Assembly (NCBI GenBank): GCA_000004985.1
Contig: GG738926.1
Direction: 5' to 3' (one strand)
DNA length: 64,000 bases
Source: Naegleria gruberi
Lineage: Eukaryota
Shown piece by piece: positions 22,845 to 32,844 of the stretch. The notes under the pieces were generated by a model, which ran no database searches, was not told the origin of the DNA, and saw only the letters and a list, made by a program, of their open reading frames with translations. Made by a program: the position numbers and the translations under genes. Numbering within the stretch: position 1 is the stretch's first letter; every line of letters begins with the position of its first letter.

Positions 22845-23839
22845 TTTTTTGGGATTTGTTTTTATCGGTTGAGATGGCTCTCTAATTTATTCTCCATGAT
22901 GAATATTGGCACATGACATGTTTGGATAACATGAAGGGTTGAAAGGTAAAATGCTCATTGTAAATGTGAAGATCTTCTGAAAAGATGCGTAACGTTTGAT
23001 GGACAACATAGCGACGAGGTTGAGCTTTTTACTAGCTGATTAACTGTAGATGTTTGAGATGCACTTTCTAAACGAATGCCATGGACTGCATTGACTTGTT
23101 GTCCATTGTAAGATTGAGAGAATTTATTGTAATACTACAGTTAAGATTCGGATAAAGACCAGTGACTTACTGTAATGTTACAATCAAACTCTTCAATTTT
23201 GTGTACAATTTTGGAAATAATATAATGTGCTTTTCACTTTCATTTGTCATGTGGTCATCCTCATTCTTCTGTATGGTCTTTGACATTGAAATCTCAAACA
23301 TACTCATTATCTCCAGCTGTTAAAATCACTTTTTATCAAGTAATCCTAATTCAATACAGGAAACAACTGGTGTTCTGGTTAGATGTTTGGGGAAGACTCA
23401 GAAGTGGTCGCTCACAAGTGTTGGATATTGAATTAATTGTTTTATTACATTATAGATTCTAACCAAAAGTTACAAGAATTTTTTTCAAACAATTTTACAC
23501 ATGCTGTACCAATGATCACTTTTCTCAGCAATCACACTGCAATTAAAACACATCACTTTGAGGAGAAGCTGCAGGCTAGGGTCATGGAAGGTGATTGCTG
23601 TAAAAAACCCGGAAGTGATCTCTGCAGTTTTGTTTTTTGGCTATTTTTTCAAAATTTGATGTGGAATTCCACAGTGCATATGAAACATATCATGTGTGAA
23701 TTGAATGATGGATTTTATCTATCATGTTCTTACTCCAAACAATCTAAACCTGAAACTTTCCAATACTTAATGTGAAATGAATTGAGATTTAACAAAATTC
23801 GCGAATATTACTTGGTGCTAGTATACATTATAATGTAAA

Positions 23840-23913
23840 GCCGTCATAGCTCAGTTGGATAGAGCACAGGACTTCTAATCCTGGGGTCGTGGGTTCGAGC
23901 CCCATTGTCGGTA
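23840..23913 (+). tRNA. tRNA-Arg (anticodon UCU)
   Basis: Cloverleaf: acceptor GCCGTCA/TGTCGGT (one U-U mismatch at 5:68 and one G-U pair), D arm GCTC-AGTTGGATA-GAGC, anticodon stem CAGGA/TCCTG with loop CTTCTAA, T arm GTGGG-TTCGAGC-CCCAT, discriminator A. No intron. Confidence 0.85.
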
Positions 23914-24059
23914 TCTGATTTTATTCTTAAAGTAAACATTTTTGAATTTATTGCTAAGATGATTAGAGTGACCAATGGTTGTGTGAAAGATCAATTTTGT
24001 GTTAGCCAAATCAATATGATAATAGCTATTTAACCTATTTTAATTTTCAGTTTAAAGTA

Positions 24060-26744
24060 TTATTCATCACTACTATAGCTACTATCACTAGTATCACTAT
24101 CAGATGAGTAGCTCGATTCCAATGTTTCTATTTTTCTAATAACTCTCTGAGCTTGAATTTTAACAGAGATAGGGAACTGATCTAGATGTCTCAGAATAAA
24201 TAAAACATTTGTAAAATCATGATCTTCAACATCCAGTGAATCGGTATCAAACAAGTATTCTACAAACTCAAAAATACAGCCAAAGATGAGAAATTGCTTT
24301 TCCTTTGGAACTGTAGCTTTGAAGGGATAGACTAAAAGGTTTGGCAGAAAGTCATATAGACTAATTGCAAAGCTACGATTTCTTGTTAATAATAATATAG
24401 CAATCAATACCTCCTCGAATAGGTCAATGTTTGATAATTTCATCAATGCCAAATGAGCAGTTTCAAAATGTTCATCAGTTACATGAGAGAGTAATTGCTC
24501 TCCTCCATTTTGTACAATTTCATTGAGAATGATTGAACTCAAAGCCGAAGCGGAAAGCTGTAAACTCTGAACAATACTTGGAAATGATGGGATAATGAGT
24601 GATAAATGGGTGAGCAGGGCTTCTGATGGAATGGATGCCTCAATAAGTTCGTTAAACAAGTAATCATAGAGAAAATCCTTCTTTTCTTCTGATTGAATTT
24701 CATTCACATCAAATGGACAATGAATCAATAATCCCTTCTCGTAAAGATTTTCAATTAGGACAGCTAATGATCCAATATCAGCTAGTGTATTGCTCATAGC
24801 AGTATCTACTTTCTTTTTTGAAATTACAATTCTAATGAACTTGGTAAGGAATGGATAAAAATCAAACTGTTCAAAAACTCTCGACAATGCGTTTAGATCT
24901 GTTTCTTTGATTATTTTGGCCATGGCTTTGGTGGTTGATAATATTAATTCGTCATTTAGCTTAAACTCATCTTTCTCAAATATTTCCTCAGTCTTTTTCT
25001 TAATAACCAAAAGAATCTTTTCAAATTTAATATTATCATTAATAAATCCAAATAATGTCTCAATCATGTCAAAGCATTCTATAACATTTTCTTTGTGTGT
25101 TTCTAATTTTTCTTCATCACTTAAATCTTGCATATCTTTCAAGTATTCGATTGTGTCGCTCATTATTATGGTTTCAAACAGATTGCTGATAAGCTGTCTA
25201 AATCTCTCCAACATTGAACCGTTCATATTATTGACATCAAAGCAGCAACTAACATTTTCCAGCATTTCACAATATTCCTTGATATTTGTGATATTGGCTT
25301 GGCCAGCATTGATTATTGTTCCCAGTAAATCATCAGAGCACTTCTCTTTTTCGAGGAAGTAACGGGCAATAGTCCTATTAGCAGAACTTCTGATGATTCT
25401 ATTGCTAGAGAATAAAGAATTTTTCCATATTTCTAAAATGCAAGAAATCATCTGTTTAAACTCTTCTGGTATTTCTTCCAACTTGTCCACATCAAGGCAT
25501 ACAGCAGGTAATGAAATGATATTAGCTGACTCTCTCAAAAGTCCTTCGTATTGTGTTTTAATTTCGTTTCTCTTCAAGTTTTCAATTATTAAATCTTTAA
25601 ATTGTAGAAGTACTGAAACACGTAAGAGAATATCATGCCTAATTATCAGTTCATCCTGGTCTTCGTACTCCTTTTCCATCAATACAAATCCAAGAGTGTT
25701 CATTATTTTGCCTTTAACAATGTACACATGATCTCCAAAGTTTTCAGATTGTTCGTTCGTAATATTCGAAGCTTCCATATCCTTAACTTCTTCGTAATCT
25801 TTCTTCATTAAGGAAAACAAATGACTCCACCTTGTGTCGTCAGTATTTGCTAGTTTTGCAAGAGTTAACATTTTCGTTGCATCTACTTTTAAATCCTCTG
25901 TATCATCCTCCAAGCTTAGCCCAGTAAGTTTATAAATTAATTCAATGTAAATTGGAATACAGTTTAAAATTTTTGATCTTAATTCATCCAATTCATCGAT
26001 TTCAATTGAAAAGATATCTTTAAGGAATGGAGGCCAAAACGAAATATTAGAACCCATTAAAGGTTGGTTCTCTTGTTTCCAATTTTGGTCATTGTTTTCC
26101 TTCAAATACTTGACCTTCTTTTCCTTCATATATTTCAACGTAGTCAGCATTACAAAACATGAATTGTAATATTTTTCCATATCCGAAATAGGTAAATATC
26201 GATAACTGAAAATGTCAACTTGTAATTTAGTATATAAATGTAAAACAATTTTCTGCCAAGCCTCCAAAATTCCAATTCCAGTTTCGAATTGTCTCACCTG
26301 TCCATTATATGCCTCCTTTTTCAATTTCTTGGCACAATCAAACACTTCCTTCAATACATTCTCTTCAACATAATAAAGAAATGGAACAAAAGCCTCTGAT
26401 CTAATTCTTGTCATTGTCTCACGTGAAACTATAAAGTAATGATAAATCATCAGCATGGTCTTGATACAAATTACATCTTCGTCATCATGATCCCGCTCAT
26501 CAAATACAAATAATTTAGAACCAGTATAATATGATAAATCATCATCAAAATCAAAATGACTTGACAATATTTTGTTAGTTTCTTTATGACGGTCTTTCCA
26601 GAAAATGGAAACTAGTGAATAATTAGTTCGGACAATCATCTTTACTTCATCAAAATTTCTACGTAAATCATTCAAAGAGTCAAGTTTTCTACATTCCGAC
26701 ATGTAGTCCTCTTGAATGAACGGAAAAATTCCATCTTTAATCAT
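24060..26744 (-). CDS. large helical hypothetical protein (894 aa)
   Basis: Complete ORF with real ATG in aaaaaaaaATG context. C-terminal acidic Ser/Asp tail. No recognisable catalytic motif. Confidence 0.55.
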   Translation of the reverse strand: MIKDGIFPFIQEDYMSECRKLDSLNDLRRNFDEVKMIVRTNYSLVSIFWKDRHKETNKILSSHFDFDDDLSYYTGSKLFVFDERDHDDEDVICIKTMLMIYHYFIVSRETMTRIRSEAFVPFLYYVEENVLKEVFDCAKKLKKEAYNGQVRQFETGIGILEAWQKIVLHLYTKLQVDIFSYRYLPISDMEKYYNSCFVMLTTLKYMKEKKVKYLKENNDQNWKQENQPLMGSNISFWPPFLKDIFSIEIDELDELRSKILNCIPIYIELIYKLTGLSLEDDTEDLKVDATKMLTLAKLANTDDTRWSHLFSLMKKDYEEVKDMEASNITNEQSENFGDHVYIVKGKIMNTLGFVLMEKEYEDQDELIIRHDILLRVSVLLQFKDLIIENLKRNEIKTQYEGLLRESANIISLPAVCLDVDKLEEIPEEFKQMISCILEIWKNSLFSSNRIIRSSANRTIARYFLEKEKCSDDLLGTIINAGQANITNIKEYCEMLENVSCCFDVNNMNGSMLERFRQLISNLFETIIMSDTIEYLKDMQDLSDEEKLETHKENVIECFDMIETLFGFINDNIKFEKILLVIKKKTEEIFEKDEFKLNDELILSTTKAMAKIIKETDLNALSRVFEQFDFYPFLTKFIRIVISKKKVDTAMSNTLADIGSLAVLIENLYEKGLLIHCPFDVNEIQSEEKKDFLYDYLFNELIEASIPSEALLTHLSLIIPSFPSIVQSLQLSASALSSIILNEIVQNGGEQLLSHVTDEHFETAHLALMKLSNIDLFEEVLIAILLLTRNRSFAISLYDFLPNLLVYPFKATVPKEKQFLIFGCIFEFVEYLFDTDSLDVEDHDFTNVLFILRHLDQFPISVKIQAQRVIRKIETLESSYSSDSDTSDSSYSSDE

Positions 26745-26819
26745 TTTTTTTTAATTATGACAAAAACTTGATCAAAACTTTCCCAATGGCATGCTATTCT
26801 TTTAATATGAATTAAAAAA

Positions 26820-27083
26820 ATGGCGCAAACTACTGCCAATGAGTTACTGGAGGAAATCATGCATTTCATGAAGCAGCAGTTGGAGAAGGCTGTTACAAAT
26901 TCTGATGTTTCGATCCTTAACAAAATCTTACCAAGTGATCTGTGTGCTTATCTGGTGCCGGATAAAAGCAAAAAAAATAAGAAAGAAAAACTAGCTGATA
27001 TTTGCCTGCAACTAGGAATCAAAGAAGATGGAGATGGTGCATATGAATATTATGAAGAAGATGAAGATGGAGATGGTGCATAG
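26820..27083 (+). CDS. small acidic hypothetical protein (87 aa) with duplicated EDGDGA C-terminus
   Basis: ATG in aaaaaaATG context, only 75 bp from the divergent start of the 24060..26744 gene. Confidence 0.35.
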   Translation: MAQTTANELLEEIMHFMKQQLEKAVTNSDVSILNKILPSDLCAYLVPDKSKKNKKEKLADICLQLGIKEDGDGAYEYYEEDEDGDGA

Positions 27084-27164
27084 AAGATAGAATGATACTG
27101 ATCCTTCACTCGTATAACTGATGAATTTTCATCGATTCTTAAACTGGATGAATCTCCATATTTT

Positions 27165-27659
27165 GTGGGAGTCCTAATTGATTTTAATTCGTCTAGATTA
27201 GAATGTCAGAATTTGATATCAGACGAATATTTTCCTCTCTGCACACACAAACCTCAAGATCATGATGAATTCTTTGAGAATGAAACTATTCCAACCATTT
27301 CATTCACAAAAGCTCATGATATTTATGCACTTTCGTTTGTAATGACACAACTTGTTACAATTCTATTTTTTGTAATGAGCCACCTTTCAAATATTAATCA
27401 AGCCATCACTCAATTCTTGATTGATTATAGAAATCCAGTTGATAAGGAATGGATATTAAAACAGTGGGAATTTTTATGTAAGGAATCAAATTATATCTTT
27501 AAGAATGCTCAACATTTGGAAATATTTTCACAAATTTCCAAATTTGTTTTCAAATCCTTCGTCTTTTTCCACAAGTTCATATTACGAAAAAGAGTTGCAA
27601 TCCATCAAGCATTCTTTATTAACATAACTCCCATACTATTCGTAAAGTTAAATATTTAA
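27165..27659 (+). other. ORF without ATG start (GTG in track), hydrophobic. Possible exon or spurious.
   Basis: Listed in the ORF track but no in-frame ATG near the 5' end. Confidence 0.15.
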
Positions 27660-27732
27660 GAAAAAGGTTTAATACCTGTGGATTTGGAATTGGTGTGTCA
27701 AATATCTTGGGAGTTTGAAAAATCCACAAAAA

Positions 27733-28763
27733 ATGTCGAAACATGTTGAAGGTGTGATATTTGCCCTGCTCCTCCCCACGCTTCTCGTCATATTGCAACT
27801 ATGTGAAAACTCTATACAATCAATTGCCATTGGAGGTGGTAAAATTTCTGGAAATGTTGAATTTCCGTTTATGGTTTCCATTCAATATAGATTTGATTCG
27901 GGAGAATTTAATCACTTTTGTGGAGGATCTATTATTTCTAAGCAACACATTCTAACAGCAGGTAATTTGAAGAATTTATTAAAATTAATTGGAATTTGTA
28001 AATGCTAGCTCATTGTTTCTATTCGAAAGGAGAGCTAATTTCTATAGAAAGATTGAGGATTAGATATGGAAGTTCCGATTTATCTTCTAATGATTTATTG
28101 GAAATTATCATTTCTGATCTGTTTATTCATCCAAATTTCACATTAGAAACTAACCGAAATGATATTGCCATTGTGAAAACAATTAATGAATTGGAAATCA
28201 ACAACTCAACCACTCGTATAGCATTCTTAGAATCAGAAACTATACCTAATGGATTTAAATTGATTGCAGTTGGATGGGGATTTTACAATGAACAACAAAC
28301 TTCATTTTCAAACAAATTAAGAAGAGCAAGAATTCCACTCACTTCATTGTTGAATTGTAATGGAATGGGATTGAGAGCTAATTCTCCAAATCAATTATGT
28401 GCTGGCGATGGAGGTGGTGCAGATACTTGTAAGTTGAATTGTTGAATTGAGTTTCGAATATAGGATTGAGGTATTGGAGATAGTGGAGGACCATTATTTA
28501 GATTTGAAGGACTTTTTGATTTTGCATTGGTTGGAATTATCAGTTATGGAAGAGATGTTAAATGTGGCTCAATGAATAGTTTGACAGTTTACACAAATAT
28601 TTCACATTACAATCCCTTTATTGTAAATGTTATTGGAAATGTAACATTTTCTCCCTTTGATCCAAATGCCAATTACAATAGAGCACTAATCAATCACTCA
28701 ATTATTTTACAACTTTCTTATTGGATTATTGGTTTATGCCTTTTATTTCAAACCATTACCTGA
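27733..28763 (+). CDS. secreted trypsin-like (S1 family) serine protease, 3 exons: 27733..27961, 28009..28428, 28471..28763
   Basis: Three ORF fragments in the track. Splicing GTAATT..TAG (47 nt) restores the His motif ILTAAHC, and GTAAGT..GAG (42 nt) restores DTCIGDSGGPLF. Catalytic Asp is in NDIAIV. Signal peptide from the real ATG at 27733 (track start 27715 is TTG). Confidence 0.8.
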
Positions 28764-29046
28764 ATTGACATGAGATACTTTCCTTTAATGAAATTTGAAT
28801 ATTTCCCATTAATTGGACTTGGGACGTAAAGAAGTAGTTCATTAGAAAACCAAATTGAAAATAAGATTTAGATCAAAAGAGTGAAATGAATTTAAACTTC
28901 TACTGTTGAACTCTTTTAGAAATATCAGTTTCTTCAATTGATTCTCTCTTTCTCTTCTCAGTTTCTTTGAACTGTTCTATTCTCACAATGTTTTCCCACG
29001 AATGAATGCGTATTAGAAATATACATTTGCTGGAAGATCAAAAAAA

Positions 29047-29514
29047 ATGGCAGAAAGCAGTTGGCACGATTTACCTCAAGTTGTTCAATTAGAAATATTC
29101 ACCTTTTTATCAATTAAACATCTCGGAAAGGTTCTTTCTTTGAGCAAGACGATTCAACAACAATTGGACGAAAGTGAATACTTTTGGCAGAAATTATCAG
29201 TCAATTATGCTCGAGTTCTGGATGATCCAAACATTATGGAGCAAACCAAAGCATTAGCAAATGATCAAACTGAAAAGAATCTTCATGAAAAGTATTCGAA
29301 TCATTTCGAATTATTGATGAAAGCAAAAGATAAGAAAAAAGTAGAGTTACAAACCAAGGTAATGGTTGAGAAGAGAAGAAAAAAATTAGAATTGTTGAGA
29401 AGTAGTTTGATGTCAGCACTTTTGACTCGTGCTTCTGGCTCAGAAAAGAAAGAAGAAAAGAAAGAAGAAAATTTCGATTTGGAAAAGGAAATTGAAAAAT
29501 TGCAGTTTGATTGA
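29047..29514 (+). CDS. F-box-like domain protein (155 aa)
   Basis: LPQVVQLEIFTFLSIKHLGKVLSLSKTIQQQL fits the F-box pattern (LP..I...IF..L....L). Charged coiled-coil C-terminus. Confidence 0.5.
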   Translation: MAESSWHDLPQVVQLEIFTFLSIKHLGKVLSLSKTIQQQLDESEYFWQKLSVNYARVLDDPNIMEQTKALANDQTEKNLHEKYSNHFELLMKAKDKKKVELQTKVMVEKRRKKLELLRSSLMSALLTRASGSEKKEEKKEENFDLEKEIEKLQFD

Positions 29515-29662
29515 AATGAGCTCGAGTGTTATTCGAATGATTGGAACTGACTTTCTAATAAAATTTTACAAGGTCACTCAATCATTTTGTATGCGATTTT
29601 TAAAAATAAAGTCTTCATGCTGAGCTATTGTCACAATTCATAACAATAAAAAAAACTGTCAA

Positions 29663-30019
29663 ATGCCAAAAGGTTCCATTAAACTCAAAATTAGTGGTGG
29701 TAGAAGAAGTGGTTACAATAGCAGTAGCTCACACAGATCCGAGGACTCCCAAACTATTTTCACTAATTTTTCAACTTCAAAGAGACAATTTGAGTGTTGT
29801 GAGAATGAATGTCCAGTTCAAGGTGAAGTTGAACCCAAAGTTCAATATGGAAGCATGCTTGAAAGACAAGCACAACTATTTACACAATCCATGCACACAG
29901 GTTTATATGGATATTGTACCAAGAAGGGAATGGATCAGAATGCAATTGTTCCAGCTATTAAGATGGGGAGTCAATATTTGGAAGGAATAAGCAAGAAAAT
30001 TACAAAATTATTCCAATAA
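29663..30019 (+). CDS. hypothetical small protein (118 aa)
   Basis: ATG-initiated ORF. The overlapping ORF 29628..29990 starts with TTG and is less likely. Confidence 0.3.
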   Translation: MPKGSIKLKISGGRRSGYNSSSSHRSEDSQTIFTNFSTSKRQFECCENECPVQGEVEPKVQYGSMLERQAQLFTQSMHTGLYGYCTKKGMDQNAIVPAIKMGSQYLEGISKKITKLFQ

Positions 30020-30857
30020 TAAATGAGTAAAAATCTTTCTCAATCATCTTACAGAAACTTGTATTAGAAATTGACCATTAATAATTTAATAATAGAATAC
30101 AAATTTATAACAGAAACTGATTATTGTAACTTTAATAGATATTTTAGTTGGATGGACCAAAAACAGCTGTTGTAAAATTTTATCACATGATGGAAAGTCC
30201 GAAAATGGGCTGTGAAAAAAAACCATTGTAAACAACATAGACGGTTGACAGAATGACAACTTATTTAAAAAAAAATTAAAAAAAAAGAAAATGTATCACC
30301 ACTTCTTGACTCAGCACTTTGAAACTTGTAGAACTACACTTCTTCCCATCAACAAACCTGTGTTCAATTATTGGTACCAATACCTATTTGACTATACACC
30401 AATATACCAATAATTACAGTGTTGAGTAGAATTGTTCCTTCTCACACCATTACCCAAGTTGTTGGTGCACCATTAAAGCTGTAATAGAGATGAATATTGG
30501 CTCCCACACTTGAAAGCAATTTTTAAATTGCACAAAGTTTGTGAGATTTGCACACCACCAACAGTGATATGAGCACAATCACGATTGATGATTTGACTTG
30601 AAAAAATGGAGATTCTATAAATGGTTGAATTGGGCGAAAATTAAGAAATTGTAATCAGTAACACTATAAGTTGAGAAAATCACGTCCCTGGATGGTGATT
30701 GCGTGAGTGACATTAAAATAATCGATGATTACTTCAGTGATGTCACAGCCCCATTAAGCTTTCATTTACTAAATTGATTGTGGAATGGAAACTCAATGGC
30801 ACCTTGTGGATTTTAAATAGATTGTTTGTTTAAACTAAAGCTTAAAAAAACAACAGA

Positions 30858-31302
30858 AATGAAAATTGCAGAGATTTTAAATTATATCCAACATTCACAC
30901 AGGTATAATCATGATGATATTAATTATTTGTGCGGGTACTTTGCCATTGTGCAAGACGGAAAGAGGGGAATAGATATTTCTGCAACCAATATTCGTGCGT
31001 TTCTCGACACACTTCTCAAGACCCCAAAAGGTGAAGTTACAAAACTATTTTGGTACGGAAACTATGGCGGCCCAGGTACCAACTCAACACTGCTTCCAAT
31101 AGATGCTCTTGATGCAGCATGTCTATTTCATGATAAATACTTGCCAAAAGATAGGTTTCAAGACCTTACAAAATTTATTAGACGTCATTTCGGTGCACAA
31201 AATTGCTCAACAGACGCAAATTGGTATATCGATAGAATCAATGGTTTATTTTTTAGTTACGTAGAACCTGTTTATATGAATTGGTTTGTGTCAAAGAGCT
31301 AA
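30858..31302 (+). CDS. phospholipase A2-like protein with parvovirus-type motif set (YxGPG...P.D..DAA..HDxxY)
   Basis: WYGNYGGPGTNSTLLPIDALDAACLFHDKYL matches the Ca-loop and HD catalytic dyad of group XIII / parvoviral-VP1u-like PLA2. Real ATG at 30858 (track start 30826 is TTG). Confidence 0.45.
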
Positions 31303-31504
31303 GCTTATTATTGAAAAGTGTGCTCATCAAGAATACAACCAATTCAATATTAAAGCTTTGAATTAAATTTTAAATTAAAAAATCAAAAAAAATTCATCAC
31401 AGCACCCGAAAGATTCACATTTTGATGCTTTTTTGATATCCATCATTGAAACCTTTTTTGAAATTTAATAATTTATTATATAGATAATAATACATACAAG
31501 AATA

Positions 31505-32827
31505 ATGGAAGCAAACAAGGACTCTGCCATTCAATGTTTGCATATGGCAAAAGAATCAATTACCGATGCTTCTAATTCATCTCATCCCGAGGCTTGTTAT
31601 GATAAAGCAATTCGATTGATAAATAAGGCCAAGAAGTTGTATGAAGATGTAAATCCCTCTCATCACGGATTTGATAAAAATTTAAAATCAATTGATGATT
31701 TACTTGGATATGTTTTAACGAAAAAACATCAACATGGTCCTCATCATCAATCAAGTGCTGCTAGTAGCAGCAGTTCATCAACAACTCCATCATCTTCAAG
31801 AAGTAATAATCAAGAATCTTCTTCATCATCAGGTAATGAAAGTGGTAATGATTCATCTCCAACATATACAAAAGAACAAAAAGATGAAGTTCTTAAAATA
31901 ATTTCCTACAAGGACGATTACTACAAAGTTTTGGGAGTTGACAAGAAGGCAACCAAGGATGAAATTAAAAAGGCATATAGAAAATTAGCTTTGAAATTTC
32001 ACCCTGATAGAAATACTGTACCAGAAGCCACAGAAGCTTTCAAAATTATTGGTGGTGCATATATGTGTTTGAGTGACGAAGAAAAACGAAAATTATTTGA
32101 CACTTACGGAACTGAAGATAAACAGAAAATTGGGATGGACCAACAAGAAAGAATGTTCAGAAGATTCAATGGAGGAGGAGGTGGCGGATTAAATGGAGCT
32201 TATTATACTAATGGCTTCAATGATGACGAAATATTCTTTGATTTATTTTCACAAATGTTTGGAGGAGGGGGTAGAAATATCTACATGTCTCATCCTAATA
32301 TGAGAAGATATAGACAAGCACAAAGAGCTCAACATCATGATCATGATGACGATCAAAGTGTACCACAAACAACCTTCTCTTTCGGATGTATTCAAATGGT
32401 TTTCATTTTCTTCATTCTTTTCGTTTCTATGGCTCCTACTTTACTTTCTGGTCTATTTACACAAAGACCAACAAATGCCCATTCAGAGTTTTATGCAAAT
32501 GGATATTATCACTTTGAAAAACACAGTACTTATACTGTGGAACGATCAATGGAGTATACACCACCCTTCAAACGTGACAAACATCAAATACCGATCTTCT
32601 TCCCTCATGAAGTGATTAAAGCATATGGTGATTCAATTCAAACGAGGTATAGAACAAAGGTTCTGACAGATTATAGAACTTACTTGAACCGAAGATGTGA
32701 GGAACAAAAGTATTATGATAGATTGCCATCATCAGATTCAGAAAAGCAAAAGTGGAATAGAAGGAGACCAAAGAATAGAAGAGAATATGTAGATAATTGT
32801 GAAATACTTGCAGATTTGTTTGGATAA
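31505..32827 (+). CDS. DnaJ (Hsp40) protein, DNAJB12/14-like (J domain plus TM plus DUF1977-like C-terminus)
   Basis: J domain [33 protein letters not shown], Gly-rich stretch, TM helix [22 protein letters not shown]. Confidence 0.88.
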   Translation: MEANKDSAIQCLHMAKESITDASNSSHPEACYDKAIRLINKAKKLYEDVNPSHHGFDKNLKSIDDLLGYVLTKKHQHGPHHQSSAASSSSSSTTPSSSRSNNQESSSSSGNESGNDSSPTYTKEQKDEVLKIISYKDDYYKVLGVDKKATKDEIKKAYRKLALKFHPDRNTVPEATEAFKIIGGAYMCLSDEEKRKLFDTYGTEDKQKIGMDQQERMFRRFNGGGGGGLNGAYYTNGFNDDEIFFDLFSQMFGGGGRNIYMSHPNMRRYRQAQRAQHHDHDDDQSVPQTTFSFGCIQMVFIFFILFVSMAPTLLSGLFTQRPTNAHSEFYANGYYHFEKHSTYTVERSMEYTPPFKRDKHQIPIFFPHEVIKAYGDSIQTRYRTKVLTDYRTYLNRRCEEQKYYDRLPSSDSEKQKWNRRRPKNRREYVDNCEILADLFG

Positions 32828-32844
32828 ATAAAATTATTTTGAAT

